The notes under the pieces are model-generated. The model was given only the letters and a program-made list of their open reading frames with translations. It was not told the origin of the DNA and searched no databases. The translations under genes and the position numbers were made by a program. Below, in pieces: positions 1 to 10,840 of a stretch of DNA of 64,000 bases. Each line of letters starts with the position of its first letter. Position 1 is the first letter of the stretch. The stretch spans positions 640,001-704,000 of the forward strand of contig OZ242376.1 of assembly GCA_965209085.1 (NCBI GenBank), given 5' to 3'. The DNA comes from Nitrosopumilaceae archaeon (GTDB taxonomy: Archaea > Thermoproteota > Nitrososphaeria > Nitrososphaerales > Nitrosopumilaceae).

Positions 1-2930
1 TCTAGGTACAACCTATACAATGAACATATCTGGCACAACTGCAACTGCGACTGTAACAGTAACTGCACTATCTTCAGAGGGGAATGTCACCTTTGATATC
101 ACAGCAGCTGATCTTGCAGAAAACACTCTGAGTGCAAATCACACAAATCTAAACTCTTCAAACGTCACAATAGACCGCACAAACCCACAGCTGATGAATC
201 TGACCATATACAGCGACAACCATGTCCCATCCTTTGCAACCTTGAACGATAATCTGACCATAACAATTACCGCCAATGAGGCACTCAAAGCGGCAGACAT
301 TGCGGTTCTAGGTACAACCTATACAATGAACATATCTGGCACAACTGCAACTGCGACTGTAACAGTAACTGCACTATCTTCAGAGGGGAATGTCACCTTT
401 GATATCACAGCAGCTGATCTTGCAGGAAACACTCTGAGTGCAAATCAGATAAATCTAACATCTTCAAACGTCACAATAGACCGCACCGCACCAAGTGGTG
501 TAAATCTCATAGTTCACAGCGACAATGCGGACCCGACGCTTACAAAGGCAGGCGATGTGATAAACATCACCCTAATGGCAGCAGAACCAATCATGAATGC
601 AACTTTACAAATATTTGATAATGACAATATAACCATGACTGTAACAAATGATACTGCGTCTGCAAACATTCCCGTCCCGCAAAATGCTTCAAACGGACAG
701 ATAATGTTCAACATTACAGCAGAAGATATCTCTGGCAATACATTTTCTGTAACACAGGCAAACATCACATCCGGCGAAGTCCGAGTTGATACAATAGATC
801 CGAAACTGACAAACCTGAGCATATCCAGTGACAATTCAAACTCTACTATTGCAACCATAAACGATACTTTAACCATAACAATTACCGCCGATGAGGCACT
901 CAAAGGGGCAAACGTTACGGTTCTAGGTACAACCTATACAATGAACATAAACAATGACACTGCAAGTGCAAACGTAACGGTAAACTCGACAAATCCTGAA
1001 GGAAACGTCACATTTAACATCACAGCCTTTGATCTTGCAGGAAACATTCTGAGTGCAAATCACACAAATCTAAACTCTTCAAACGTCACAATAGACCGCA
1101 CAAACCCACAGCTGATGAATCTGACCATATACAGCGACAACCATGTCCCATCCTTTGCAACCTTGAACGATAATCTGACCATAACAATTACCGCCAATGA
1201 GGCACTCAAAGCGGCAGACATTGCGGTTCTAGGTACAACCTATACAATGAACATATCTGGCACAACTGCAACTGCGACTGTAACAGTAACTGCACTATCT
1301 TCAGAGGGGAATGTCACCTTTGATATCACAGCAGCTGATCTTGCAGGAAACACTCTGAGTGCAAATCACACAAATCTAAACTCTTCAAACGTCACAATAG
1401 ACCGCACCGCACCAAGTGGTGTAAATCTCATAGTTCACAGCGACAATGCGGACCCGACGCTTGCAAAGGCAGGCGATGTGATAAACATCACCCTAATGGC
1501 AGCAGAACCAATCATGAATGCAACTTTACAAATATTTGATAATGACAATATAACCATGACTGTAACAAATGATACTGCGTCTGCAAACATTCCCGTCCCG
1601 CAAAATGCTTCAAACGGACAGATAATGTTCAACATTACAGCAGAAGATATCTCTGGCAATACATTTTCTGTAACACAGGCAAACATCACATCCGGCGAAG
1701 TCCGAGTTGATACAATAGATCCGAAACTGACAAACCTGAGCATATCCAGTGACAATTCAAACTCTACTATTGCAACCATAAACGATACTTTAACCATAAC
1801 AATTACCGCCGATGAGGCACTCAAAGGGGCAAACGTTACGGTTCTAGGTGAATTATATACAATGGCCATATCTGGCACAACTGCAACTGCTACTGTAACA
1901 GTAACTGCACTATCTTCAGAGGGGAATGTCACCTTTGATATCACAGCAGCTGATCTTGCAGAAAACACTCTGAGTGCAAATCAGATAAATCTAACATCTT
2001 CAAACGTCACAATAGACCGCACAGATCCCAAATTGACAGACCTGACAGTGTCTAGCAACAACCGTAACTCTGCCTTTGCAACCATAAACGATACTTTAAC
2101 CATAACAATTACCGCCAATGAGGCACTCAAAAATGCCAGTTTTACATCTCTAAATATCACCGATATTATGATCATAAACGGCTTCACTGCAAGTGTAAAC
2201 GTAACGGTAACTGTTGAAGCTCCCCAAGGGATCGTCAACTTTACCATCACCGCTTTTGATCTTGCAGGAAACAACCTGAGAGTAAACCAAACAAATAGCT
2301 CTAAAAACATCACAATAGACTCTGACATACCAACAGTGGGAATTCTGATTTTGAATAGCAGTAACGCCAATGCGTTACTTGCAAAGGCTGGAGACATGAT
2401 AAACATCACCTTGAGTGTATCTGAGGAAATCAACAACGCGACCCTATCCATCTTAAATCGCGGCCTCATCAACATGATTGTGGATAACATTACTGCCACT
2501 GCCAACATCATAGTTAAATCAAACGATAAAAACGGACCGGTTGAATTTACCATCACAGTATATGATATTGCCGGCAACACATTTAGCGTAACACAAGATT
2601 CCAACTCATCCCTCAACTTTGTAATCGATACGGCTGATCCAAGTCTGACAAACTTGGCCATATCCAGCAGCAACTCTAACCCTGCCCTTGCAACCATAGG
2701 CGATACCCTGACCCTAACAATCACCGCCGATGAGGCACTCAAAAAAGCCAACGTTACGGTTCTAGGTACAACCTATACAATGAACATAAACAATGACACT
2801 GCAAGTGCAAACGTAACGGTAAACTCGACAAATCCTGAAGGAAACGTCACATTTAACATCACAGCCTTTGATCTTGCAGGAAACATTCTGAGTGCAAATC
2901 ACACAAATCTAAACTCTTCAAACGTCATAA
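1..2930 (+). repeat. Near-identical intragenic DNA repeats (about 306-bp units; 921-bp higher-order repeat)
   Basis: Sequence at 132 recurs at 1053 (921 bp apart); 1-180 recurs from 307; the block at about 911-1090 recurs at about 2749-2925. Confidence 0.85.
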
Positions 2931-5614
2931 TAGACTACACAGACCCAGTTTTGACAAACCTGATCATATCCAGCAGCAACCCCACCTCTACTCTTGCAAC
3001 CATAAACGATATTCTAACCATAACAATTACAGCCGATGAGACACTCAAAAAAGCAAACGTTACGATTCTAGGTACAACCCACATAATGCGCATAAACGGT
3101 AACACTGCAAGTGCAGACGTTACAGTAAACGGTCAAGACCCAGAAGGGCAGGTCACATTTAACCTCACAGCATTTGATCTTGCAGAAAACACCATGACTG
3201 AAGATCATACAAATCTAAACTCTGCAAACGTCACAATAGATTACACCATACCTGCAGTGGTCCACCTATCCGTGAACAGCAGCAACCCTGACCCATCGCT
3301 TGCAAAAGCTGATGATATACTAAACCTCACTTTGAGAGCATCAGAGCAAATCAATAATGCAACCGTGCAAATCATGGGCAATCTTATCAACATGAGCGTA
3401 AATAACGATACTGCCACTGCAAACGTTACGGTTTTACAAAACGGTACAAACGGAAATGCCACATTCACCATTACAACGTATGATAATGCCGGAAACGAGC
3501 TTGTCATAACGCAGGCAAGTCTCACATTCAGAAACGTCGTAATAGATACGGCAAACCCGCAGCTAGAAGATCTGAGAATATATAGTAATAATAACAGAAC
3601 CGATTATGCACAAACTGGCCAAATGTTAAACATTACAATTACCGTCGATGAGACACTCCAAAGTGCAAACATTACAATTCTAAACTCCACTTATACTATG
3701 ACAGTAAACGGCGCTGTGGCAAATGCAACTCTGATCATAGGTGAAAATCCTCAAGAAGGACTTGTATCCTTTAACATTACAACATTTGATCTTGCAGGAA
3801 ACAATATGAGTGCAAACCACACGAATCTGGAATCCTCAAACGTCATTATAGACAACATACAGCCTACAATAAGTCTTATCGGAGCCGAGACGGTGTTAGT
3901 GTCGCTTGGTATACTGTATGCTGATGAGGGAGCAAGTACAGCCGATGTGGACCCTGAATATGGAAACACCATAATATATACAATCTTTAGAAACATGACG
4001 GCAGAAACCACCATACCTGGAACGTACGTACTGCAATACGAGGCACCAAATGATATGGCAGGAAACGTGGGCTTGAAAATAAACAGAACCATTCATGTGA
4101 TAAACCATACTGATACTGAATCTCTCACTCTTGACACCGCCTCTACTGACTCAAACTCATCAGTATCCATATTCCCTACTGAGAAAGCTCAGATAGACGT
4201 TGATGATTCAGGACGCAACTATACAATTATCGTATACTCACCTAGTGTATTGCTAAATCTGACCGCGGCTGCAACGTTTGATCTGATCGAGAATACAACT
4301 GGCCAAAACAATACCATCACCGTGAAAACAAACACGCACCCACTTGTAGTAATAGTCAATCCGTCAATAACAGTATACGTCCAAAGTAATACCAACATAT
4401 CCTCACTGGAAAATTCCAATGCCAGCGACAGCTTTGTCTTTGTTCACGTAAGCAATGACCATGTATATCTAGGCTCCAATGATGCCTCTTTTGAATTTGA
4501 AAACAATGCCCTAAGAATTGTCTTTACGGATCTGCCTCATAATTGGATACCAATGTACAAAAATCACACACGCGAGTCATTCAGCAATATTGTAGAATAT
4601 AAAAACTCAGCCATTGCAATAAACAACGCATCACAAGCGCTTGAAATCCTGAATAATGATTCATCATATTATGGTTCAATGTATGTGCGCGACGGCTCTA
4701 CGGTCACAATATGGACTGCACACGCATCAAATTGGACAGGTACTACCCCCGTAATTATAGAGCCGACACCTGCCCCCGTCATTACAGAGCCGACACCTGC
4801 CCCCATCATTAGAGCCGGCGGCGGTAACAGCAGAAGCGGTGGAAGCGGTGGTGGTGGCGGTGGTGGCGGCGGCACCATTACCAGCGAAACCCCGTATACG
4901 CTGATACCAACTGGAAGGATTACCATACAGGCAGAATCTGATGCATACAGTCCTGGAGGAATAGTAAAGGTTGCCGGCATACTGATAGATTCACTCACAC
5001 CATTCCCGATTACATTAAAGGTGACAAATGCTCTTGGAAATCTCATAAACATAGGCCAGATAATGCCAAATAATGATTCCACATGGTCATACCAGTTCAA
5101 ACTCTCTCCAAAGGCAAAGGATGACACATACTTTGTAAGCGTACTGTATGCAAAGGCAGTAGCTCAGATCAACTTTACCGTAGACTCTAAACTCCACGCA
5201 TACCCTACTCTGAAAACAGTTGAAATCACAGACTATGATATTACAGGAGGTACAGTACTTGGAATATATACAAATTATGAGACAGGCTCTGTATTGGTAA
5301 AAATAAACGCAACCGAGGATGGCATACTTGGAATCTCTTTGCTTCGAGCTGTCATAAACTCGACTGGCAATAATACACTTGACAAGGAATTCTTCGTTAC
5401 AGTTGATGATGAAATCAACTCTTTTGAAGAAGTTGAGAGTACCTCTGAATACAGGAGATTAAACATAGAGTTTTCAGCTGGTGCACAGTCGATAGAAATA
5501 ATCGGTACAAGCGTGATACCTGAATTTGGAACCGTGGCACTGGCAATCTTGGCAGTTGCCCTGATATCCGTTACTGCCATTACATCAAGACTGGTACGCA
5601 ATCCGATAGAATAA
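2..5614 (+). CDS. Giant repetitive cell-surface protein with Ig-like repeats and a PEFG-CTERM sorting signal (5' end outside the window)
   Basis: Frame is open from position 2. About 100-aa Thr/Asn-rich repeats (D-x-T-x-P...A-x-D-L-A-G-N), many N-x-T/S sequons, a Pro-Thr and Gly-rich linker, and C-terminal VIPEFG + hydrophobic helix + basic residues. Confidence 0.85.
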   Translation, partial: LGTTYTMNISGTTATATVTVTALSSEGNVTFDITAADLAENTLSANHTNLNSSNVTIDRTNPQLMNLTIYSDNHVPSFATLNDNLTITITANEALKAADIAVLGTTYTMNISGTTATATVTVTALSSEGNVTFDITAADLAGNTLSANQINLTSSNVTIDRTAPSGVNLIVHSDNADPTLTKAGDVINITLMAAEPIMNATLQIFDNDNITMTVTNDTASANIPVPQNASNGQIMFNITAEDISGNTFSVTQANITSGEVRVDTIDPKLTNLSISSDNSNSTIATINDTLTITITADEALKGANVTVLGTTYTMNINNDTASANVTVNSTNPEGNVTFNITAFDLAGNILSANHTNLNSSNVTIDRTNPQLMNLTIYSDNHVPSFATLNDNLTITITANEALKAADIAVLGTTYTMNISGTTATATVTVTALSSEGNVTFDITAADLAGNTLSANHTNLNSSNVTIDRTAPSGVNLIVHSDNADPTLAKAGDVINITLMAAEPIMNATLQIFDNDNITMTVTNDTASANIPVPQNASNGQIMFNITAEDISGNTFSVTQANITSGEVRVDTIDPKLTNLSISSDNSNSTIATINDTLTITITADEALKGANVTVLGELYTMAISGTTATATVTVTALSSEGNVTFDITAADLAENTLSANQINLTSSNVTIDRTDPKLTDLTVSSNNRNSAFATINDTLTITITANEALKNASFTSLNITDIMIINGFTASVNVTVTVEAPQGIVNFTITAFDLAGNNLRVNQTNSSKNITIDSDIPTVGILILNSSNANALLAKAGDMINITLSVSEEINNATLSILNRGLINMIVDNITATANIIVKSNDKNGPVEFTITVYDIAGNTFSVTQDSNSSLNFVIDTADPSLTNLAISSSNSNPALATIGDTLTLTITADEALKKANVTVLGTTYTMNINNDTASANVTVNSTNPEGNVTFNITAFDLAGNILSANHTNLNSSNVIIDYTDPVLTNLIISSSNPTSTLATINDILTITITADETLKKANVTILGTTHIMRINGNTASADVTVNGQDPEGQVTFNLTAFDLAENTMTEDHTNLNSANVTIDYTIPAVVHLSVNSSNPDPSLAKADDILNLTLRASEQINNATVQIMGNLINMSVNNDTATANVTVLQNGTNGNATFTITTYDNAGNELVITQASLTFRNVVIDTANPQLEDLRIYSNNNRTDYAQTGQMLNITITVDETLQSANITILNSTYTMTVNGAVANATLIIGENPQEGLVSFNITTFDLAGNNMSANHTNLESSNVIIDNIQPTISLIGAETVLVSLGILYADEGASTADVDPEYGNTIIYTIFRNMTAETTIPGTYVLQYEAPNDMAGNVGLKINRTIHVINHTDTESLTLDTASTDSNSSVSIFPTEKAQIDVDDSGRNYTIIVYSPSVLLNLTAAATFDLIENTTGQNNTITVKTNTHPLVVIVNPSITVYVQSNTNISSLENSNASDSFVFVHVSNDHVYLGSNDASFEFENNALRIVFTDLPHNWIPMYKNHTRESFSNIVEYKNSAIAINNASQALEILNNDSSYYGSMYVRDGSTVTIWTAHASNWTGTTPVIIEPTPAPVITEPTPAPIIRAGGGNSRSGGSGGGGGGGGGTITSETPYTLIPTGRITIQAESDAYSPGGIVKVAGILIDSLTPFPITLKVTNALGNLINIGQIMPNNDSTWSYQFKLSPKAKDDTYFVSVLYAKAVAQINFTVDSKLHAYPTLKTVEITDYDITGGTVLGIYTNYETGSVLVKINATEDGILGISLLRAVINSTGNNTLDKEFFVTVDDEINSFEEVESTSEYRRLNIEFSAGAQSIEIIGTSVIPEFGTVALAILAVALISVTAITSRLVRNPIE

Positions 5615-5974
5615 TGCATATAACCTTTGATTGGGCATTTTAGAATGCGTGCATACTATAAGGGTAGAATTCATCCACTATCATACGCATCTGAGAATTA
5701 TAATCCGCACAGGGTATACGTTGCAATAGAGTATGCCACGCTATCCGAATTTGGCACCGCATGTAAGGTGATGATAAAATGAGCCCCTCTTATCCTATCA
5801 TTTTTAATGCAAAAAACGTTCTCATTGTACAAAAGTCGCACCACTGAATTATTAATTTTGGGCTTTACGAATAATTGAGAAATGGATGATTTATGTATTA
5901 AATTTGCTTTTTTGGTTAATTGTGCATAAACTCTACCGTACAAAAAAAACCAAGTTTTTCAAAAAAACACCAAA

Positions 5975-7024
5975 TTATGATGATGCACCGGCCGGCTCTA
6001 AACCGCGCGCAATTCTTACAGCATCAGCTAAACCATCAGCATATCCTATGCACAAAACGGCAAGATCCTCCTCTCCCTGCTCTAAAAACCGTTCAGCATC
6101 CTTGGCATACCTTGAGGCACCATCAAGCACCTCTGCAAGATGTGCATCATTTTTGCACAATTTTTCAGCATCCTTTATCGCCTGTTCAATCATTGGCACG
6201 TATTTTTTTAACATTTGCTTTGGAATACTCGGGGTAAACTCTGAATTATCTGATGGCTCATCAAGGCATTCGGCAAGAGCTTTGATTGAATCTGACTCTG
6301 TAAAATGCAAACTTCCCGGAATGATTATTGCATGCGGTGGGGCGCCAAATTCAACTTTTGCAAGAGTTGATATCTTCCCCGCAGTTATCTTTTGATCCGT
6401 ACCCCCTATCCTTGATGCCACCATGCAAAAAATTCCATCCCCTGCTGCCCCCCGGCGCTGGCCATTTTCAGTATCCTGGAGAATCCTCAGCGCATTTGCC
6501 GGATTTAAAAAATACCCCTTATCCTGGTTGTATTCAAGTAACAGTATGGTATGCGAGCCTTGGACCATATTTTTGTATATTGTATAATAGGGGGTGGTAT
6601 ACTGGCCGGCATTATCCATCATGGTGACCATCCTGCCCACCTTGTACTGGTGCAGACCGCACTCGCCTATCATTGCAGTTAATGCCGAAGCTCCATGAAT
6701 GGTGCGAGCCTTTATTCCCAATAATGCTGCCCTTACGCGCAGCTCTATATGCGTGGTTGCAGCATACGAATCACCCCATGAAATCAGGGATACCGTACCT
6801 TTTTTTGCCTTCTCTAAAATCATGCCGCCATCCTCAACTGCCCATCTTTTTACAGCATGTGTTTTACCTGGTGCAATTTTTTCAATCTCATCAAAGTATT
6901 CGGCATCCGTGGGACTTGTAAACTGTTCTACAAATACAGCATCTGATTCCAGTATTGCATTTTTTGCCTGCAATGTCAGCGATTTTACCCCGCAGAGTCC
7001 AGCTCCTATAAACCAGAGGGTCAT
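5975..7024 (-). CDS. dph5: Diphthine synthase with a C-terminal DUF357-like extension
   Basis: LWFIGAGL start, GDSYAATTH, GLHQYKVG, HTILLLE, PPHAIIIPGSLHFTE; C-terminal YAKDA..F...GYADG helical domain. Confidence 0.9.
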   Translation of the reverse strand: MTLWFIGAGLCGVKSLTLQAKNAILESDAVFVEQFTSPTDAEYFDEIEKIAPGKTHAVKRWAVEDGGMILEKAKKGTVSLISWGDSYAATTHIELRVRAALLGIKARTIHGASALTAMIGECGLHQYKVGRMVTMMDNAGQYTTPYYTIYKNMVQGSHTILLLEYNQDKGYFLNPANALRILQDTENGQRRGAAGDGIFCMVASRIGGTDQKITAGKISTLAKVEFGAPPHAIIIPGSLHFTESDSIKALAECLDEPSDNSEFTPSIPKQMLKKYVPMIEQAIKDAEKLCKNDAHLAEVLDGASRYAKDAERFLEQGEEDLAVLCIGYADGLADAVRIARGLEPAGASS

Positions 7025-8139
7025 TTCTTTTTTTTATCGTGCAGCCGTTTCAAGTTGCCTAGCACGCATTTTAAGACCTCTATTCCGCGAAGATACTCAT
7101 TTATCGAGACTGATTCATTGACAGTATGCGATGCGTGCGGGTCCCCAGGTCCGTACGTGACAACCGGTATGTTAAACCTGTTTCCAACCACGTTCATATC
7201 CCCGGTACCGGTCTTGCGTATAAGCTGGATTCTATTGACATTAGCAGCTGCTGCACTCAGATTAAATGCGCGAACCAGGGGTGAGTTATGGTCTGCCTCA
7301 AAGGGTTCAGTCTCATCAAGTATGGAATGAAACGCCTCAACGCCCCTCTCCTTTGATGCAGACTGGACAGCATTTGAGACCTGCTCCTCTATCTGCCCGC
7401 AGCTTGTTCCAACGGGGATGCGTATGTCTATTGTAGCGCGGCACTCTCCGGGGGTTACATTATGACTTGTACCTCCATTTATCTCAGTCAAGGTGGCAGT
7501 AACTGCCTGCCATTTGGCAGTATCCTCATCCATATTCTCAACATTCTCCTTTATGCGTTTGACAAAATACACAGCCTCCTCTATGGCGTTCTTTGAGAGC
7601 CACGGGGCACTGGCGTGCGAGCTATCCGGCGCCTTTATGCGCAAACTTGTGGCAAGCCTTCCCTTGTATGCAATGGTGACTTTGCCCGTACCGCTAGGCT
7701 CGCCAAATATTGCATAATCAATGTCGAGCTTTTTTGATGCAATATTTTTAATTCCAGTGGCGCTTCCCTCCTCATCCACGGCTCCGACAAACATTACAGT
7801 ACCCATGTTCTCATCAATGGATGCTGCTGCAAACAGCATTGCCATCAGGGGGGCTTTGGCATCAGAGGCGCCGCGGCCAAACAATCTATCCTTATCTCTT
7901 TTGACTGTAATTTTACCCGGAACTGTATCCATATGACCGCACAGCATTATGGTAGGTGAGCCGTTCCCCTTTACTGCCAAAACATTGCCCACATCATCTG
8001 TGCGTATGTCATGAAATCCCAAATCAGTACACACTCTTGCAATATATTCTGCCATGGGTTTTTCTGCAAGTGATGGCGTGTACAATCCAAGGGTGTGGAT
8101 GAGCGCCTTTACTGCAAAATCATCTGTTAGATTTGACAA
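7021..8139 (-). CDS. lysK: [LysW]-lysine/[LysW]-ornithine hydrolase (M20 peptidase)
   Basis: GHMDTVPG, GRGASDAK, DEEG, GTGDMN, YGPGD..SH motifs; lys cluster context. Confidence 0.9.
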   Translation of the reverse strand: MSNLTDDFAVKALIHTLGLYTPSLAEKPMAEYIARVCTDLGFHDIRTDDVGNVLAVKGNGSPTIMLCGHMDTVPGKITVKRDKDRLFGRGASDAKAPLMAMLFAAASIDENMGTVMFVGAVDEEGSATGIKNIASKKLDIDYAIFGEPSGTGKVTIAYKGRLATSLRIKAPDSSHASAPWLSKNAIEEAVYFVKRIKENVENMDEDTAKWQAVTATLTEINGGTSHNVTPGECRATIDIRIPVGTSCGQIEEQVSNAVQSASKERGVEAFHSILDETEPFEADHNSPLVRAFNLSAAAANVNRIQLIRKTGTGDMNVVGNRFNIPVVTYGPGDPHASHTVNESVSINEYLRGIEVLKCVLGNLKRLHDKKKK

Positions 8140-8988
8140 TTATTTTCCAGCTCCTGCCGCATACTCTATCATGAGTTTTGCAATATCCACCCCGCATACG
8201 CGCACGGTATTTTTAAACTCGGTGGTATTGTTCACCTCGTGCACCAAAAGACCGCGCTCACTCTCCATTAGATCAACACCTACAATATTCCCCCCGACTG
8301 CCTCTTTTGCCTTTATGCAAATATTTTCCATCTCTGATGTTACAGGACATTTCTCAGCTCTTCCGCCAAGTGACATGTTTGTCTTCCACTCACCTGTCCC
8401 CGAATACCGGTATATTGCAGCCACTACGCTGTCTCCTATAACTATGGCACGTATGTCCCTCTCTGGGCGTTTGACAAACTCTTCAAGATAGTGTATCTGG
8501 TATATGGGGTGGAGGTTTTCGCGCGCATCAAGTATTGCATCAGCTGATTCAGCATCCTGCACCTTTGCAACCATGCGGCCCCAGCTGCCAACAGTCGGCT
8601 TTGAGACTATGGGGTATCCTCGCATCTCCATAGTCTCAATGGCGCCTGATTTTGAAAACGCAACATCAGCTTTTGGAGTTGGAACATTGTATTTGCGAAG
8701 CAGCATGTGCGAGTAGAGTTTGTTCCCAGCATAAATGCCAGTCTTTAAGGGGTTTATCACCTTGCATCCTGCCCCTTCAAGCGCAGCTGTTGCATGGACA
8801 TTTCTGTAATAGCTGACGCATCTTTGCAAAACAACGCCATACTCTGGAGCATCCGCATCCAAATCAAAATGCTCTTCTCTGCAATCTCTCATGCAAACTG
8901 TAATGTTGGATTTTTTTGAAGCCTCTGCAAGGGATTTTTCCTCCCACCGTACCGTATCGTACAGGACTGTGACCCCCTGATAGGTCAC
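8140..8988 (-). CDS. lysX: LysX/RimK-family ATP-grasp ligase (copy next to homocitrate synthase)
   Basis: RWEEK, LQRCVSY, KPTVGSWGR, RDIR, HEVNNTTEFK. Confidence 0.9.
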   Translation of the reverse strand: MTYQGVTVLYDTVRWEEKSLAEASKKSNITVCMRDCREEHFDLDADAPEYGVVLQRCVSYYRNVHATAALEGAGCKVINPLKTGIYAGNKLYSHMLLRKYNVPTPKADVAFSKSGAIETMEMRGYPIVSKPTVGSWGRMVAKVQDAESADAILDARENLHPIYQIHYLEEFVKRPERDIRAIVIGDSVVAAIYRYSGTGEWKTNMSLGGRAEKCPVTSEMENICIKAKEAVGGNIVGVDLMESERGLLVHEVNNTTEFKNTVRVCGVDIAKLMIEYAAGAGK

Positions 8989-9152
8989 TGTCCCCAGTCC
9001 TCGCCTACACTCTGTGCCGGTTTTAGGATGAATTTGTCCCCATCCTTTCTCAACTCAAAGCTTGCGCCGCACTCGGGGCAGGTGGTAATCTCGCCTGCCA
9101 TCGAATCTGAAGGTATTGAGATATCTGCATCACATTCTTCACATTTTGCCAA
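8985..9152 (-). CDS. lysW: LysW-family carrier protein ending in EDWGQ (not in ORF track)
   Basis: Hand translation from TTG: MAKCEECDADISIPSDSMAGEITTCPECGASFELRKDGDKFILKPAQSVGEDWGQ. Two CxxC motifs; the stop overlaps the lysX start. Confidence 0.9.
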   Translation of the reverse strand: MAKCEECDADISIPSDSMAGEITTCPECGASFELRKDGDKFILKPAQSVGEDWGQ

Positions 9153-9153
9153 T

Positions 9154-10353
9154 CTATTCACCACCGTTTGAGCGTCTCTTATCGCCTATTATCTTTTTTT
9201 CCACCCTCTCATCAAGTGGTATGTCTATGAGATCGCCCATTCTAAGATCTTTAAGCCCAGCTGCTAACCGTTTTGCCGACTTTGCATCAGCATCAAGACC
9301 CAACATGGACAAAAGATATGCAGACCCTGTCTTTCCTGCCAGCTCGCCAAATACTATTCTTCTGTGGTTGCCAACGGTTCTAGGGGGTATGGGCTCATAA
9401 GCTGCTGGATTTTTCAAAATGGCAGCTAGGTGCGTACCAGCTTTATGTTTGTATGCTGATGATCCGACAATGGGTTTTGAATCATAGGGCGCAATTTTGG
9501 TATAATCCTCTATGAGGCGCGATAAATCCTGCAGCATGTCAAGTCGGAAATCATTTGGGGATTTAAACAGGTATGTCAGACCCACTGCAACCTCAGCTAG
9601 TGCGGGAATTCCTGTTCTCTCGCCAATGCCGTCAATTGTAGTGTGTATCTGGCTGACTCCTGCCTCGCATGCGGCAAACGCGTTTGCAAGTGCAAATCCC
9701 ATATCGTTGTGAGCGTGCACGTCCAGGGCGACATTTGTAATTTTGCGCACCCTGCTTACAAAATTATACATTCCGCGCGGCCGCAGTATCCCGACAGTAT
9801 CTGGAAGACTGATGCGGTCAACTCCGGCTTTGGTTATGGTGCGGCACATTTTATCCATGAATTCCGGTTCTGCCCGACTTCCATCCTCTATTGTAAACCG
9901 TATTTTAAGACCGTGTGATTTTGCATACTCTACTGTATCAACTGCCCTCTCCAGGGCCTGCTCTTGCGTTATTCTCAGTTTGTCGCGCAAATGCACTTTT
10001 GATATTCCAAGGTATGCTGCCACCCATTTTGCATCACAGTCAAGGGATACGTCAATATCTTCGCGCAATGCCCTGCCATGGGATACGATATCTGCACTCA
10101 GTCCCTGTTTGATTATAGTCTTTACTGCTTTTTTATGATCATTTGATATCACAGGAGATATCTCTATTTGATCAACTCCAAAGTAATCAAGCATCCATGC
10201 TATCTGTATGCGCTGTTTGTTTGTAAATGAAACCCCGGGGTGCTGCTCACCTTCCCGCAACGTACTATCTAGCACTGATATTTTTTTTTGGTTTGAATCG
10301 TATTCATTGTATGCATCCGCATACATGTTTGGATTTTCCATAAAGTTATTCAC
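9154..10353 (-). CDS. Homocitrate synthase (LeuA/HCS family)
   Basis: LDSTLREGEQ, HAHND.G.A.AN, GIGERTG, HKAGTH; sits in the lysine cluster. Confidence 0.85.
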   Translation of the reverse strand: MNNFMENPNMYADAYNEYDSNQKKISVLDSTLREGEQHPGVSFTNKQRIQIAWMLDYFGVDQIEISPVISNDHKKAVKTIIKQGLSADIVSHGRALREDIDVSLDCDAKWVAAYLGISKVHLRDKLRITQEQALERAVDTVEYAKSHGLKIRFTIEDGSRAEPEFMDKMCRTITKAGVDRISLPDTVGILRPRGMYNFVSRVRKITNVALDVHAHNDMGFALANAFAACEAGVSQIHTTIDGIGERTGIPALAEVAVGLTYLFKSPNDFRLDMLQDLSRLIEDYTKIAPYDSKPIVGSSAYKHKAGTHLAAILKNPAAYEPIPPRTVGNHRRIVFGELAGKTGSAYLLSMLGLDADAKSAKRLAAGLKDLRMGDLIDIPLDERVEKKIIGDKRRSNGGE

Positions 10354-10423
10354 AGAATGGCGGATATAAACATATTTGAGCGGATTCCGCTATTTTTTAC
10401 CATAAACATAGCGGATTTCACTA

Positions 10424-10840
10424 TTATACCGTGCGCAGTATTATCACAGTATTTGTATCAGATACGCCTGTAACTTTGCGCAGCGCATCAATGCTGCCGT
10501 TTAATGATGCAATGTTTTCTGCACTCATTATTACTGCAATATCATACTGTCCGGTAATTTCATAGACTGTGCGAATATCGGATAGTTTTTTTAATTTTTT
10601 TGAAACAAGCGCAGTATCAGCTGCTGAATCAACTGAGACTAAAACTATGGCCTTTGTTGAATTTGCATCATCCTGCTCTACGGTAAACCGCCTTATTGTA
10701 CCTGCATCCTGCATATTTTTTATGCGCCGTCTAACTGCTGTCTCTGAGAGTCTTGTTGCCTCCCCTATAGAGGATACTGATTCGCGGGAATTGTTACTAA
10801 GAATCTGCAGTATTTTTTTGTCAGTTGAATCATTTTGCAT
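10424..10840 (-). CDS. lysM: Lrp/AsnC-family regulator LysM
   Basis: N-terminal HTH (LSETAVRRRIKNM) and YEITGQYDI domain. The ATG at 10840 (MQND) is more plausible than 10876. Confidence 0.8.
   Translation of the reverse strand: MQNDSTDKKILQILSNNSRESVSSIGEATRLSETAVRRRIKNMQDAGTIRRFTVEQDDANSTKAIVLVSVDSAADTALVSKKLKKLSDIRTVYEITGQYDIAVIMSAENIASLNGSIDALRKVTGVSDTNTVIILRTV

Noticed and set aside
4818-4873. GGT/GGC-rich tract as a G-quadruplex or microsatellite
   Set aside because: Explained by the encoded poly-Gly linker.
514-5619. Minus-strand ORFs over the giant gene, and similar ones at 57.4-64 kb and opposite the core genes
   Set aside because: Antisense shadows of real genes with no motifs of their own.
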